A stretch of 64,000 nucleotides of DNA from Zygnema circumcarinatum SAG 698-1b (lineage: Eukaryota > Plantae > Zygnematophyceae): the NCBI GenBank assembly GCA_037447605.1, contig CM074815.1, positions 558,001 to 622,000 of the forward strand, in the 5' to 3' direction. The position numbers and the translations under genes are program-made. This document shows, one piece after another, positions 27,296 to 40,337 of this stretch; the stretch's first letter is position 1; each line of letters starts with the position of its first letter. The notes under the pieces are model-generated. The model saw only the letters and a list, made by a program, of their open reading frames with translations. It had not been told where the DNA came from and ran no database searches.

Positions 27296-28527
27296 AGGGG
27301 ATATTATGGGGCAGGCAGTATGTGCTTTTAGTGGTTAGTTTTTAAGTCCTTAGTTTAGTTATGCGCACGTTTTTTTGTGACCATGTAATGATGAGTGGCG
27401 CTGAACTGTGTAATTCCTTTGTAATGATGGCGATGAGTGAACGACGAAATACAATGAGGTGACTCTTTGAAGAGTCTTTGACGCGAACTGTCTCCAGAGG
27501 CAGGAGGTCCTCAGTCTGCCCGTGTCTGTTGTGAGGTCTTGTCGGTGGCTGGCTCTCCTGTGAGGTGCAATGTAAAGGGAATTTGTGCAGGACAAGTCAC
27601 AGTTCTTTTCAGTCAGAACGCATGGATGCTTAGCACTCATTGGCCAACAACCTTGCACACATTACAAGACGACCTCAATGGAGCCCCAGCCGCGCTGTGT
27701 AGAAATTGAAGCCAAAAGAAGCAAATGCTCAGTGTATGTTAGGTCAGGGGAGACGACAATGAGTGGGAATGCGAGGGAGAGGTATGTAGGGGAGATGGTG
27801 TGCGAGGATGAGCGGAAAAGCAGCGAAAACTTCATAGGATTGGCAATGTTTGGTGTGGCGGAGTGGAAGAGATAAGGGAGTTGCGGATGAAGAATATGAA
27901 ATATTATTAAAAGAGCCAACATAGAATTCAGCATGCACACTACTCCCTCTCTTTTCTCGATAAAGCTTCATCATGCAAACTTACTTCACTCCAAAACCAA
28001 CCCTAAATCTGGCAAACTTCTGAACACGTTTCTCCGAAGTATCCATCCTCCCTGGCTCGCTGCCAAATCGTCCTGCGATCTGCCTGGAAGATTCGAAGCA
28101 GGGAGAGGTGGAAAGTTGAGGCGGAGAAGGCAACAGTTCGCGCGTGCGAGATGAGGCGGAAGCTGGGGGACTTTAGACGGCTGGCAGGGCCGTACAGACA
28201 CGTACTATACCGTACCGTACGGATTCCTGGCTGGGTGTTTATGTGTGAACTTTCCAGGTGGGACGATCGGGGTCGAATAAATTGTGTCGGTGGAGCCAAT
28301 CGAAGTGCCCGAAGCTTAGTCAGATTTTGGCCATTTTCCATAATTTATCAACAGCTACACAGATAGACCAAATGGTTGCAGTTCATAAATTTTGTGAAAT
28401 GCAAGAAATTTTGTAACTGTCTCATGTGACGCTTGTTTTTTAGAGAAACTTGAACTGGACAGTTCTGTGCTGTGTAGTTCGTCCAAGCTTCAAATTTCCG
28501 ACTTCGCTGCCGTACACTCCCGCGCTT

Positions 28528-28592
<65 letters not shown>

Positions 28593-28653
28593 TCTTCGCT
28601 CTTCCTCTCATCGCCTCCATTTCCTCCTCTCCGTGAAGCGCTCTCTGCCTGCG

Positions 28654-31600
28654 ATGTTCTCCGGGGGGAAGGCCCGGCATAGCGCCACGTGGCAAGACCA
28701 GAGCGCTTCCCCCAAGCCGACATGGCCGTCGGAGGCGAGCGTGTCCCCTTGGGCCCTCCCCGGGACGCCGCCGGGAACTGCAAGGACGCCCCCGCCCGCC
28801 AGGTTGCGTCTCCATGCTCTCAGTTTTGTTATCAGTTCCACGGCCGTTGGCCGTTCCTTAGGTTTCTTAAGGCTTTCTCATTTCCATCGTCGTGACAGCT
28901 GGCACGGACATTCTTATTTTTCGTGAATTTTATTGCAGAGGAGAAGATTGCATTCTGAACAATCTATATCGCAGTTTTTATTGTTGTTTCACTTTCAATT
29001 TTTTTTTTAATATTTTCTATTTTTGCACCACGAGGTTTTATTTGAGCATTCAAAGCTTGTGTTTTATGAAACTAGAGGTTTAAGAGGAACCCTGCAAACC
29101 TGCAAACCTGCAAACTTGGTTGGCAGGTTTTTAAGTTTCTTTATCGTGAGGTATCCTTGTTAATGCAGGTTTAATTTCGACCCCATATATATACGAAATC
29201 TCATGGTCATCTCCATGGAAAATGGCGTCATTATTGATACCCATGTAGTGATATATTGCTTGTCAGAAAACTTGTGAATCTTCCTACTGGCTGGAGTTGA
29301 GAAAGGCTTCTCCTCCTCCTTCGTCTATCTTCATCTTCTCCACTGACAGCTTATCTTTTGTTTTTGAGATATATTCTCTGTTATTGTGCTGCATCGGCGA
29401 CATGTTCTGTACTGACGGGGGCCCTCGCACCTTCAGGACGGGGCCCGCTGTGCAGGAGGGCATGGCCCGGCCGGAGCAGGAGCCAATCAGAGTGTGCCAC
29501 CTGCCCCAAGTTCTGCGGGAGGACAGAGAGGAGGCGCTCAGCAACTTGGAAATAGGTATTCACACTGTTTTTGGCCAGCATTCTCTCCCTCCCTCCCTCT
29601 CTCTCAAAATCCCTCTCTCCCTCATTCTCTCTCTCGTCCTCCCTCCGTCCCTCCAACTTTCTTGGGGATGCGCGAGGCAATTCAAGTGTCCGATGGAGGA
29701 GAGATGATTGAATGAGGTTTAATTAAATGAGCAACTTTAAGGGCATTCGGTGGCGGATTCTGTGCAACTGGTTTGGAACCATGAGTTTGGAGCTTTAGGG
29801 AGTCCAAGCTAAAGTTTTGCTTGACCTCTTCTCTCGAAACTTTACCGACCAAAAGTTCAACTGACCCTACAGAACATTCCATTCTACGAAAAACTATACC
29901 TAGCACTGCCATTAGTAGCAAATTCACATGTGCAAGCATTTTTCTTCACTTGACCCTCCCACACTTTCCCATTCCTTATTGCGTTGCTGCTTTCAGAGGA
30001 CTTTGAAGAGATCAACGGAAGCATCGACTCCGCCACAGGAATCGCATGGGTTCTATTTGGCTCGAAACTTTATACCTGGAATTATCTCTCCTCTCCAAAT
30101 CCACGCCATTGTACTGTCTTAAAATTTCCAGGAAGTCTCACCAAAGCAGATACAGGTGGCAGCATTATAGCAGTCCACTGGTTTGTTAAAATAATTGCTC
30201 CTTCTTCCGACGTTTCTGATACAATCAGCAACGGATTTGGCTCCTTCGCTGCTTCGTTCTCCTCTCCAATACGTCAAGAATCCTTTGCTTTCGCTACAAG
30301 TCCAACTGTAGGGTCTGAAGGACGGGATTCTAAGGAAACTCCCAGAGGGAAATCTGAAGGGCAAGCAAATTGCTCCTCCATGGGGAGAAACGTGGGGGTT
30401 GTTGCGATACATAAGCGGACCATGGCAGTAGTATATTGGCCTGATATTGCAAAGGAAGAGGGAGGAGGAGCTGTGCTTGGGCGAGTCAATGAAGAATGGA
30501 CAATTCCCCATGGCTCGGGCTTAAGGCCAAGCGGAAGTTTTGGCAGTAGAGTGAGGCACAGTGACTGCGTGACAGCTGTGATAGCTATCTGCAGGAGAGC
30601 GGGAGAGAGCGAGACAGAGGGAGACCTCAATATGAGTAGTGGCAGCAAAGGAGTAGTGCCTGAGGGAGAGAACGAGAGGCTCTCTCCCACCAATGGGCTT
30701 GTTGAGGGAGGCCTGACTAACGGACGACTGACAGCTGGCAACGAAGTGGTCGGAGATGAGCCCATTGGCTGCATATTAGTGGTGGGATGCAATTCTGGAG
30801 AGCTTTGGAGGATTGATTGCTCTCCCTATGGCATCAAAAGAGTCAGACTTGGGAGGGAAACAGCGGACTATTCAAACTCAAGATCTGCCACTTTCGGAAT
30901 GCTTGCTTTTGAGAGAAGCTCTGAAGCTCCTGCTACTATTCGGAGCATAGTGCTCTTGCCGGAAAATTCCGCTCTCCCTTCTGTCATATCTGACTCAGAC
31001 TTGATGATGACGAAGAGTAATGAGAAGCAGGAAGGAGAGAGAGAGGGGAGTGGGGTTTCTGGATTAGCGCTTTTTTCAGGGTTTCGACAGAAGAGCAAGC
31101 AGAGGAAGCAGCAGCAGGTTCAGCAGGTTCAGCAGGAGGAGAGGGAGAGGAAGGAGAAGGAGAAGCTTCAGGAAGCAGCAGAAGATATGGAGAAAGGGGG
31201 GAAATCTATGTGCAGATTTTTGCTGCTTACAGCAGCAGGTTTGGAAGCTTGGACCCTAAAAATGGAGCCTGGAGGAAAGGCTAGTCTAGCTTGGGCCTAT
31301 GATATTTTGGGAGATAAAGCAGTGCATATGGACCTTGCAGGGCAGAAGCAGGTCTGGCTATTGGACTTAGCTTTAGCAGCTGAAGGAGATTCAGTTATAG
31401 TTCTACTTGCTTCTCTATGTAAAGATAGGGCTGCTGTGGGAGGCTCTCAGACCCAGTATTGGCTTCTCTCCTTCATTCTACCTCCCAAGTCTTCTCTTCA
31501 GCCTCTCACAAAGCCTCTCACACAACCTTCGCAAAGGCCTCTCTCTCCCCCTCCCTCCCCTCCCACCTCCCGTCCCTCCACTCCCTCCATTCGGCCCCTT

Positions 31601-34600
31601 TCCAGCTCGAGACTGGTAGCCAATAATTCCTCTCCTTCCAGCCCATCCAGAGATAATGCAATTTCTCCTGCCTTTAAGCTGGAAAGAAAGTGGCCTGCAC
31701 GTGTATTTGTACCCAAAGCTCGAGTAGAAAATGAAGAAAATCTCCTTCTTTTGAAGCTACATATAGGAGGAAGGCCCAATGGTTCCGCCCTTATTTTAGC
31801 CAGTGATGGGACTGCTACAGTTACATTTTTTGATAAGGGAGAGCCTTGGCTTTACCAAACAGACCCAAGCTGCTCTTTAGGAAAAGTTTTGGGGGTCGGA
31901 TTTTTGCCTCGTAGAGCTCAAAATGATGAAGGCTTGCATGCTGCAGTTTCCGTTGGGGCGGACGGATTTCCGTTGTCTGAGTTTCCAGGAAGTAGTCAGT
32001 TGAAGGAGAAGGAGAGGGAGACGGAGAGGGAGGAAGTGGGAGGGGAGTGGGTGCTGCTGACAGAGAGAGAGGGAGTGTGGGCTTTATCAGAGCAGATGAT
32101 TCTTGATATGGCAGTGGAGCCTTTTGGAAGGCCTCACAGTATTCATAGGCAGAGCCATAAGAAGGTTTTTGGGGTGCTGGAGAGTGGAAAGGAAGAGGGA
32201 GAGGGAGAGGGAGAGGGAGAGGAGACCATTGGTTTGACCCCTCGGAAATCCCCGAGGCTTGCCATTCCTCCAAGTCGGATAGTGGGAGGAGGTCCAATAG
32301 AGGGAGAGGAGAGAGAGGGGTTTTTACAAGATGAAACCAATGAGGGCAGAGGTTATAGGAATGCAAGATCAGGCACGGGAGGGGCAATTGCTCTCACTAC
32401 CACTACCACTACCACTTTGCAGAGGCAAGGAGAGGCTGAAACGTTAGTTGAGAGAGTGTTGGGAGAGGCTGCGGGAGAGAGAATGCAGGAGAGCCTGAAG
32501 TGGCTGAGAGAAGTTGGAGCTTTCGAGGTAGAAGGGAGAGAAAACATCTTGGCTCAAGCGAGTCGAGCCATAATCGATACTCTGCCCAAGCACTGGGGGG
32601 GGGGACACATGTGGGAAGGGCAGTTAGCGGCAGTTTCAGTTCAGTTGGGAGAGAAGGAGCGGAGGCACAATCAGTATCTTGAGTTTCTCTCCCGTTCGGG
32701 TTGTCACCAAGAGCTCCTTTTGCTGCAAAGTAAGAATCAATGCTTAAAATTTTCAGTTTTTCTCTTTCATTTTTGTATTTCTTTAATTTTTCAATCTTTT
32801 AGGATTCATCTGAAGCATTTCTAAGGTTTCCTGGAGGCTCAGGTTGACCAGGAAATCTCAATGCTCTCAAAATTCATACTTTCCTTTAAATCGGATTCAA
32901 CTGTTTTTTGGAATAAATTCAGTAATTATTCAATACTAATACTACGAACATTTTTTTTTTCTTTCCTCCTTAACAGAATCCGCCCTCACTGCCATCATGG
33001 AAGACGGCGAAAAACTCGCGGCTTCTATTTCTCTCCGAGAGTCCCACAACCAGCAGGCCAATCAGATCATGCCACGTGGCAGCCCTCTGCAGCTGACCAC
33101 CACTAAGAGCGTGCCAAGTGTCCTCTGGGAGGCCATCCAGCTGGCAGGTGGCACTATCCGACGCTCAAATGTGCTCCTAATGGGGAAGGAAGAGGGAGAA
33201 GTTTTTTTCACGCGAGTCTCCCAAATAAGTGAACTGTTTGCGGCCGTACAGCTCCATGCAGGCGCTGTGATTGGCCGAGAGCCTTATCCGCAGCAGCAAG
33301 CGGCCAATGAGGACTCGCCAGCTGTCAATCGGGAGCTCTCCTTGCCATTGAATGTCCAGGTGGAGAGGTTTTGCCAACTTTCTGCGGCTCTTAAAGGAGC
33401 AGTTGCAGCTGCGAAGGAGTACAGGGAGAGACACTCAGTGTGGTATCCTCTCTCTGAGGGAGAGGAGGAGGAGGGAGGAGGAGGAGGAGGAGGAGGAGGA
33501 GGGAGAGGGGGAGGAGGAGGAGGAGGGTGGGAGGGGAGGCAGGAGCCATGGCTTTGCAGTGGACCATTGAGGAGAGGATTACGGAAGCTTGCAAACCTTT
33601 GTACGGAGCTAAGGTATGGGGGGGTTTAGTGGATTCCCATGCAGAAGTTTTTGCGGCATGCTTGATGTTACACAGTTTATGTCTCACTATCTGTTGTATC
33701 ATATCATGCTGAGATAATGTGGTCCTCTTCAAGCTATCCCTACTCTCAACTTGACCCCTAAGGAAGCAATGAAGGAAGCTACAGTTGACTTGACTTTGAC
33801 TTCGACGTTGAATTCGGATTGACTTTGACTTTGACTTTGACTTTGACCTTGTCCTTGACCTGCAGGGCCGAGGCTGCCCAGTTTCAGCACTCCCTCGTCC
33901 CCTCTCTGAGCAGCATCTTCCGCCCTCTCTCTCACTTGCTGCTCGATTTGTTCGCGGAAGCTTTGGATGAGAGGGAGAGGAGGGGAGAGCCCTTTCAGGG
34001 TTTGGCGGGGGAGTACGGAAAACTGAAAGATGAGCTTCTGAAGGAGATGGTCTCGCACGCGCGGGAGGAGGCCCTCCGGTCAGCACAGGTACAAATTTAA
34101 AAAAAAAGAAATAGGAAATAACTTTTTGACATTGTGGTATGTAAGGAACTTTTGTGGGTTTGCCTTGAAATAAACCCTATGATACCCCGTTTTGTGCATT
34201 CACTCTCTAACGTGCTTTCAAGACTGTACAAACAAGGCTATACAAGACTATACTACACAAACATGGGGGTCCCATTCTATATTGTAAAACAACAGTGTGC
34301 TAGAAATGCAGAAGTTAACCAACAAAATGGTCTTCTGAATTCCTATCTTTTCTTCCTCCTGCAACAACTCCCCTTCATCTTTTCTTCATCTTTTTTTTTT
34401 CTTCATCTAAACACGCAGATTAGCGGAGACAAGAGCCAAATCCGAGTCAACCTTATGGCCCAATACAATGAAGTCGTTTCCATTGCCAGACGCCATTGCG
34501 CGTATGAAGCAATGCTCACTATGTGTGAGGAATTGGAGGCATGGGATGTGTTGAGAACCCTCATGAGGGAGCCAATGGGGAGAGGGGGAGAGGGGAGGTT

Positions 34601-35585
34601 TTGCACTCACGTTTTTCAACGCTGCTATGAGAGAGGCCACTATGGGTTTTTACTTAGTTTCGGAAAAGACCTTCCGGAAGAGGTTGAGGCATTCTTGCAA
34701 GACTATAAGAGTCTCCGTTGGTTGCATGAGCTTTATTTGGGCCAATATGGAAAGGCAGCTGCTACTCTCCGACAGCAGGCATTAACGAACGATGGGAGGA
34801 GCGGGAGAGGAGGAGAGGGAGGGAGGGAGGGAAGCGGAGAAGGAGAGGGGAAGACTGGGCTGAGTTTTGGAGAGAGGAGGCAGTTGCTGTCACTTTCAAA
34901 GCTTGCGGTTTTGGTAGAGGGAGGAGGAGAGGAGAGGGAGGGAGAGAGGAAGAGGACGGTAGACAAGCTTGATGCTTGTATGGAGCTTCTGCAGATTCAG
35001 GAAATGGCTGCCAAAGAGGGCCTCCTTGGGAGTGATGCAGTGGGAGCTGCCAAGTTAGCAGAAGCCTGCTTGAAGGGAAGCCGTTCCTTAGTACTTAGAG
35101 CCTTTGAGGTTTTTGCTTTTGGGGGTTCAGAGATGCGGAAAAGCTCCAAGGTTTTGCTTGAACAGGCGTGGCTTCAGGCGGTAGATCTGGACCCTTGGAT
35201 CTCGCTGAAGCAGAGATCAAAGGAGGAGGGATGGAGTGAGGAGCAGTACTGGGATGTGTTACGGGGAACAGGGCTGTTCCATGCTGCAAAACGGTGCTTT
35301 GGGAAAAATTCCGTTAGAATCGGTGAGCCGTTTGAAGCGGTTTTGCCTCTTTTTTCGGGGGATCGGAGGGGGGTGTGGGAAGAGATGGAGAGGGAGAGGG
35401 AGAGAGAGAGTGAGAGAGAGAGAGAGGGAGGAGAGTTGAGGGGAGGAGAGGCGGCAGAGGGCCTGGGAGACTCTGTTCAGACCCTGCTGTCACGTCACAT
35501 CGCGTATCCGGAAGCCGGGCAGGCCATGGCGGCGGCGTTGCAGATGGGGAGGGATGACGAGGACTTGCGGGGCTCAGAATTTTGA
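28654..35585 (+). CDS. NUP133: Nucleoporin Nup133; 6 exons (28654-28802, 29437-29555, ~29997-32728, ~32978-33613, ~33866-34087, ~34418-35585)
   Basis: MFS... start; NGSIDSATGIAWVLFGSKLYTW; IIDTLPKHWGG...EKERRHNQYLEFL; SELFAAV; ARRHCAYEAMLTMC; FCTHVF...FGKDLPEEVEAFLQDYKSLRWLHELYLGQY; RRQLLSLSKLA. Recognised from recalled plant Nup133. Confidence 0.85.
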
Positions 35586-35739
35586 AGATCGGCTTTTGCG
35601 TCGGCGAGCCATGTGGGATAATTTTTTGTAAATTTTGTGGTCATGATTCTGCCAAATGATGGTCGACCGTCACAATCTGTCGATGTGTTTTTCGTGTGGC
35701 AAAACTTTTTGTTGTTGTTGTTTTGTAACTTGCTGCATC

Positions 35740-35940
35740 GTGTCTCTCTCTCCCGCTCTCTCCCTCCCTGTATCCCTCTCCTTCTCCCTCTCTGTATTCC
35801 TTTCCCTCTCCCTGTATACCTCTCTTTCTCCCTCTTTGTATCCCTCTCCCTCTCCCTTTATCCCTCTCCTTCTCCCTCTCTGTATCCCTCTCCCTCTCCC
35901 TGTATTCCTCTCCCTCACCCTCTTCGTCAGGCGTCCCCCT
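35740..35940. repeat. CT-rich minisatellite (units like TATCCCTCTCCCTCTCCC)
   Basis: About 10 degenerate units downstream of Nup133. Confidence 0.7.
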
Positions 35941-37503
35941 CTCCCTTTTCTGTGGACATAATGAGGTGTTGATTGACATAGTTGCTATTTTCTAGAGACA
36001 ACATATGCTGGTGCTCGAGATGAAGGTTTCCCCAAAAACCTGCATTCGGGTATGCGTCAATTTACCATGCATTCCGTGCATTCTGGCATTCTATTTTGAC
36101 TCGCTGTCATCGGTCATGCACACTTTTCCAGGAAATAAAAAAAGATATTTCATCCTAAGTGGGTTCAGCCGCATCATCAGCCACAATGGCTGGAGCAAAT
36201 GACGACCCTCCTTTTTGTTCCAGCCAGACGAGGCACCTCCTGGTCAATAAAGTCATTACGACAGCCCATCATGCCACCACCGCATCATTGCGCCATCAAC
36301 ATGCGTTTGCATCTCTGAGTGCCGCGACACCCCCTGCCCCTCCCTCCTCCCTGCCTCTCCTTTTCCTCCCACACTACCTATCCTCCCCCTCTACCTCCTC
36401 TCCCTCCTCTCCCTTCCCGTCTCCTCCCTGCCACTCACACCCCCATTATTTGAAGAACGAGCCCGTGGTCGTCATGGCCTTGCGCCCAGATTTCACAATT
36501 TCTCGCATCAGCAGCCACGACGACAACGCACGTAGTAGATACACTTGGCAGATACACAACGCACAGAAAGCAAAAAAACCCAAAGAAAATTTGACTCTTT
36601 CTGCATGATTTTGACTTCAAGCGCATGCTCCAATGTACACCAGGACTGACATCACATTACAAAGTCAATAGTCGAGAATCTCTATCTCACGTCGAACAAA
36701 CTAAAGACCACAAACCATCTGTCGACAAATCCAACGCATTAGAACCAAGAAAGTGCAATTATTGAACATGGCACTTGGTTGACCAATCAAAGAATGTCAC
36801 AAAAACAGACTCGCCGTTTGGCATGCGACCAAAATTGTCACCCTTCACTAAGACTCCTGTCCACTTATCTGCACTGTACCCTGCTTTCCATAATTAACAT
36901 ATTTCTACCACCAACCAATTTTTTGTCCTTTCCCTTTTATTTGCTTGCTTACCAATTGCAAGCCGAAGCCTGTCCCCTCCTACAGGCCACCACCCCTGCT
37001 TGAAGCCTCTCCTTGAGGCATCTCCCCAAACTCACTTCCTGCACTCATCAAAACTGCAATTTACATTTTTCTTGCAGGCTGCCCGCTCCTCCGTTAACGA
37101 GAAACCGACTCCTCGGCATCCGATCATAACAGGAGTCCAATAGCAGGCCGTCTGCAAAAGGAGCGTGCCTTGTTTCTTCTTCAGAATTTCTTCTTCAGGC
37201 CCTCTTCTTCAGAATTACAGAGTAGACTGATAGCAGTCTGGTTGACCAAGCCAAGCCAACCCAGCAGTCAGGTTGCTCCGGGAGCCAATCTTCATCAGAT
37301 TTGTGGTAGATGGCCGTTTCCTGACGTGGAAACCGAGCAGCTGCCCAAGCCTGGGGGTGCAAGAAAAACGCCAGATAACTATCCAGGGAGAGGGCGTGGG
37401 AGAGAGGGAGAACAATAGACTACACCTGCTGCAAGGGCCGAGCATGCCCCCACCTAACCAAAGCTGGCTCGCACACCTTTCATAGTCTCTTCCTCCATCC
37501 CTT

Positions 37504-37572
37504 CCCGCCCTTTTCTTTTTTGTCATCCCGCCCTTCTCTTTTTTGTCATCCCGCCCTTCTCTTTTTTGTCAT
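37504..37572. repeat. Three tandem ~23-bp units CCCGCCCTTCTCTTTTTTGTCAT
   Basis: Directly visible in the DUF789 3' region. Confidence 0.8.
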
Positions 37573-37731
37573 CGGCATCCCTTAGGCGCCTAGACCGGCC
37601 GATATATGCCTTCACTCTCTGTATGCTGGTAACTGTACCGCTCCGAGCTCGATTGTGACATGCATGCACAAAGTCGAGCATAATCTCTACAAGGGCTATC
37701 TAAGACCTAACTATAGACAAAAACTAACCGC

Positions 37732-40337
37732 CTATCCCCGACCATTGTGGGATCTGAAAAACTCGAAGTCCGGGTGATGCACTTGCTGCTGCTGCAGCCA
37801 GTTGTCTGCGTGCACTTGGAGCTGGCTCATGCGCTTCCGCTCAGATGCCAGGCCCTGCTGGGACCACACGCCACCCTTCAACTTATATGCTGCCATTCCA
37901 AAAGCAGGCATTCTCATCAACTGCTTCTTGGATTGCTGGAGTCCACCATTGGATGCTGGCAGGTCTGGTTGCCGATATGGAACAGGCAAGTTAGTCGTGC
38001 AGTAAGCCTTCGAGCAACTCCCACAACGATCTGCACATACAAATGCACATACCACACATAAGACGCGGACATAAGTGGAAAAGAGGACTTTCAAGGAGCT
38101 GTGTCCCATGCTATAGGGGCATGGATTTCAGAAGCCTGATTTGACCAATCTCATGTTACGCGCTAAACAAAGCAAAGCATTGAGAACAAGTCCGCCAAGT
38201 GTTCCTCAACAGCCAATGTAGAAGTACCTGCTATACATGAAAGAGGAGTCGACAGAGAGTGGTAGGTCAAAAAAGAGGCCGCAAGATCGCGTAGAGTGGG
38301 ACCAGTGGGTATTCTGTACACAGGATACCTGCACATGTCCATGTCAATGTGTCAGCGTCAATCAGACACAGTCAACATTGAGCCAGAAAGGAATAGTCAA
38401 TGCTATTGATAGACAACAAGGCGACTACATCTTACCAGGCCACAGAGAACCAGCTTGCAGGATGAAGGTCAACGCTTCGCAAAGTCTTGATTGCTGGAAA
38501 AAATTGTTCAAGTTCGGCAATCTGCAGCCAGTCAAGCGCGAACATGTTAAACGCTTTACAACAGCGGGCACATGCCTACGAGAACCCTCGTTGTTAACAG
38601 ATATTGCAAATGAATAGACAACATACCTTATCTGTCAAAGGGACTCGTCCGTAGGGTGCGGCATGCTCGAAATATTCGAAAGCTCTATGCTTCTCTCTGC
38701 AGTCGAAACATCTCCTTCCCCAGTCCTGACCTCCTGCGTCTACTTCATCTTCTAAACTCATGACATCGCTTCCTGGTTCACTGCTACTATCGCTTCCCGT
38801 AAATGGAAAGCTCCTGTCCCCATCACTATCGCTAGTGTCGCTGCAGGAATCCTTATACTCTGAGTCGCAGGCTTCTCCATCGTCACATCTCCTGCATCCA
38901 TCATCAAACTAGAATATTTAGAGGAGAACAATGTTTATGCGGTAACATTACCGAGTCAGGGTAACATAGCTTTAAGAAAACAATCCAACACCAGAGCCAG
39001 ACGCGACTGCATAACGGTGTCCACAGCTACCCACACATGAAGCCACGTGATTTTTCCTAAGTTCTAAAGAACATGCATCAGCAACTGCACATTACGCATC
39101 ACTCCCGACACTTCTGAATCTTCAGCCTTCACGAACCAAAAAACAAACAAACCTCATTCTCTACAGACTCATGTCGACTGACTTAGATTTCATGTATGAC
39201 CTTCCTGCTGTGACTCTTCATGCCATTATCTACGTAACCGCCAGACAGTAAGGGCTGAAGAAGGCACCTCATAGATTCCAGTCGGCGTAGAGGCGACCGT
39301 GTATACAGCTGAATCGCCGACAAATATGGCACATAATATTGCACAACATTTTCCTCGCAGCTGAGGGACAAGGGGACACCACATCCATATACACTCCATT
39401 CCTCATATGCTTCCCACACATCTGCGAGCGTAAAGTACGGCACACTTTGTGCGTCGAGGGCATTCCAACTTCCCTTGCTTCCGACTTGTGCTTGCCATGA
39501 TTTACTCTGCAATACAGACAACCAGCCTTCACGAATTAATGTTATGCAAAATGTGGCGGTGGTCCTGAGAATGAGAGAATGCTTCAAACGACTCCAGCAT
39601 GAATACGAAGAATCATATTAACAATCAAATTCATTACAGGGAAAGTCAACAAGCATCCCGCTTAAGACAAGTATCAGGGACAACGGAAATTGCCCAAGAA
39701 TTCCCGGGGAGGAACAATATAGTTCGTTTAGTCCAGGAACCGCGTCATGAATGACACTGGGAACACATACTGCAGTACAAAAAAGGCTTCCGAAAACAGC
39801 GCCCAAAAACTGACGAGCTCCAGCAACTTCCACTAAACATAGGGAAATGCAACTCCTCACTGCAATACAGGGCGGTCGTGCGATACCGGGAGCAACCGTC
39901 ATTGACCGTCATTGAAGGACGACAGTAGAGAGAACAAGCAAGACGCTCAAGGGAAAAGCATGAACAAAACAAGAGATTACCTTTGACAGGTGTTGGAATG
40001 TCACTGCTGGTGTCGTGCTAAGAACGAAGCTCTCAAGATTACAAGGCTGACGCCTCTTTTGCTGCAGCAATCCTGCACTGTCGTAGCTACCGAAAGCTGA
40101 GGAAGGGCCTTCGACTCCATCCTCATACCCTTTGCCACAGAGAGGCCCTGCAACAGGCCTTCCTAGTGTGCATCCATACAGCTGCGCTTGCAACTGTGCA
40201 GCATCATCAGGCTGATACATCGTTCGGAAGGCAAAGTCGTCCAAATATCCTATCAGTTGCTGCTGTTGCTGCTGCTGTTGTTGCTGCTGCTGCTGCTGGT
40301 GCTGCTGCTGGTGCTGCTGGTGCCTGTGTCCTACCAT
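37732..40337 (-). CDS. DUF789 family plant protein with N-terminal poly-Gln; ~6 coding exons
   Basis: [12 protein letters not shown]; [23 protein letters not shown]...[13 protein letters not shown]; [18 protein letters not shown]; [28 protein letters not shown]; [12 protein letters not shown]...HHPDFEFF. Confidence 0.9.

Noticed and set aside
36000-37700. Short ORFs and splice-like signals between Nup133 and DUF789
   Set aside because: No consistent exon chain or recognisable motif; probably 3'UTR/intergenic.
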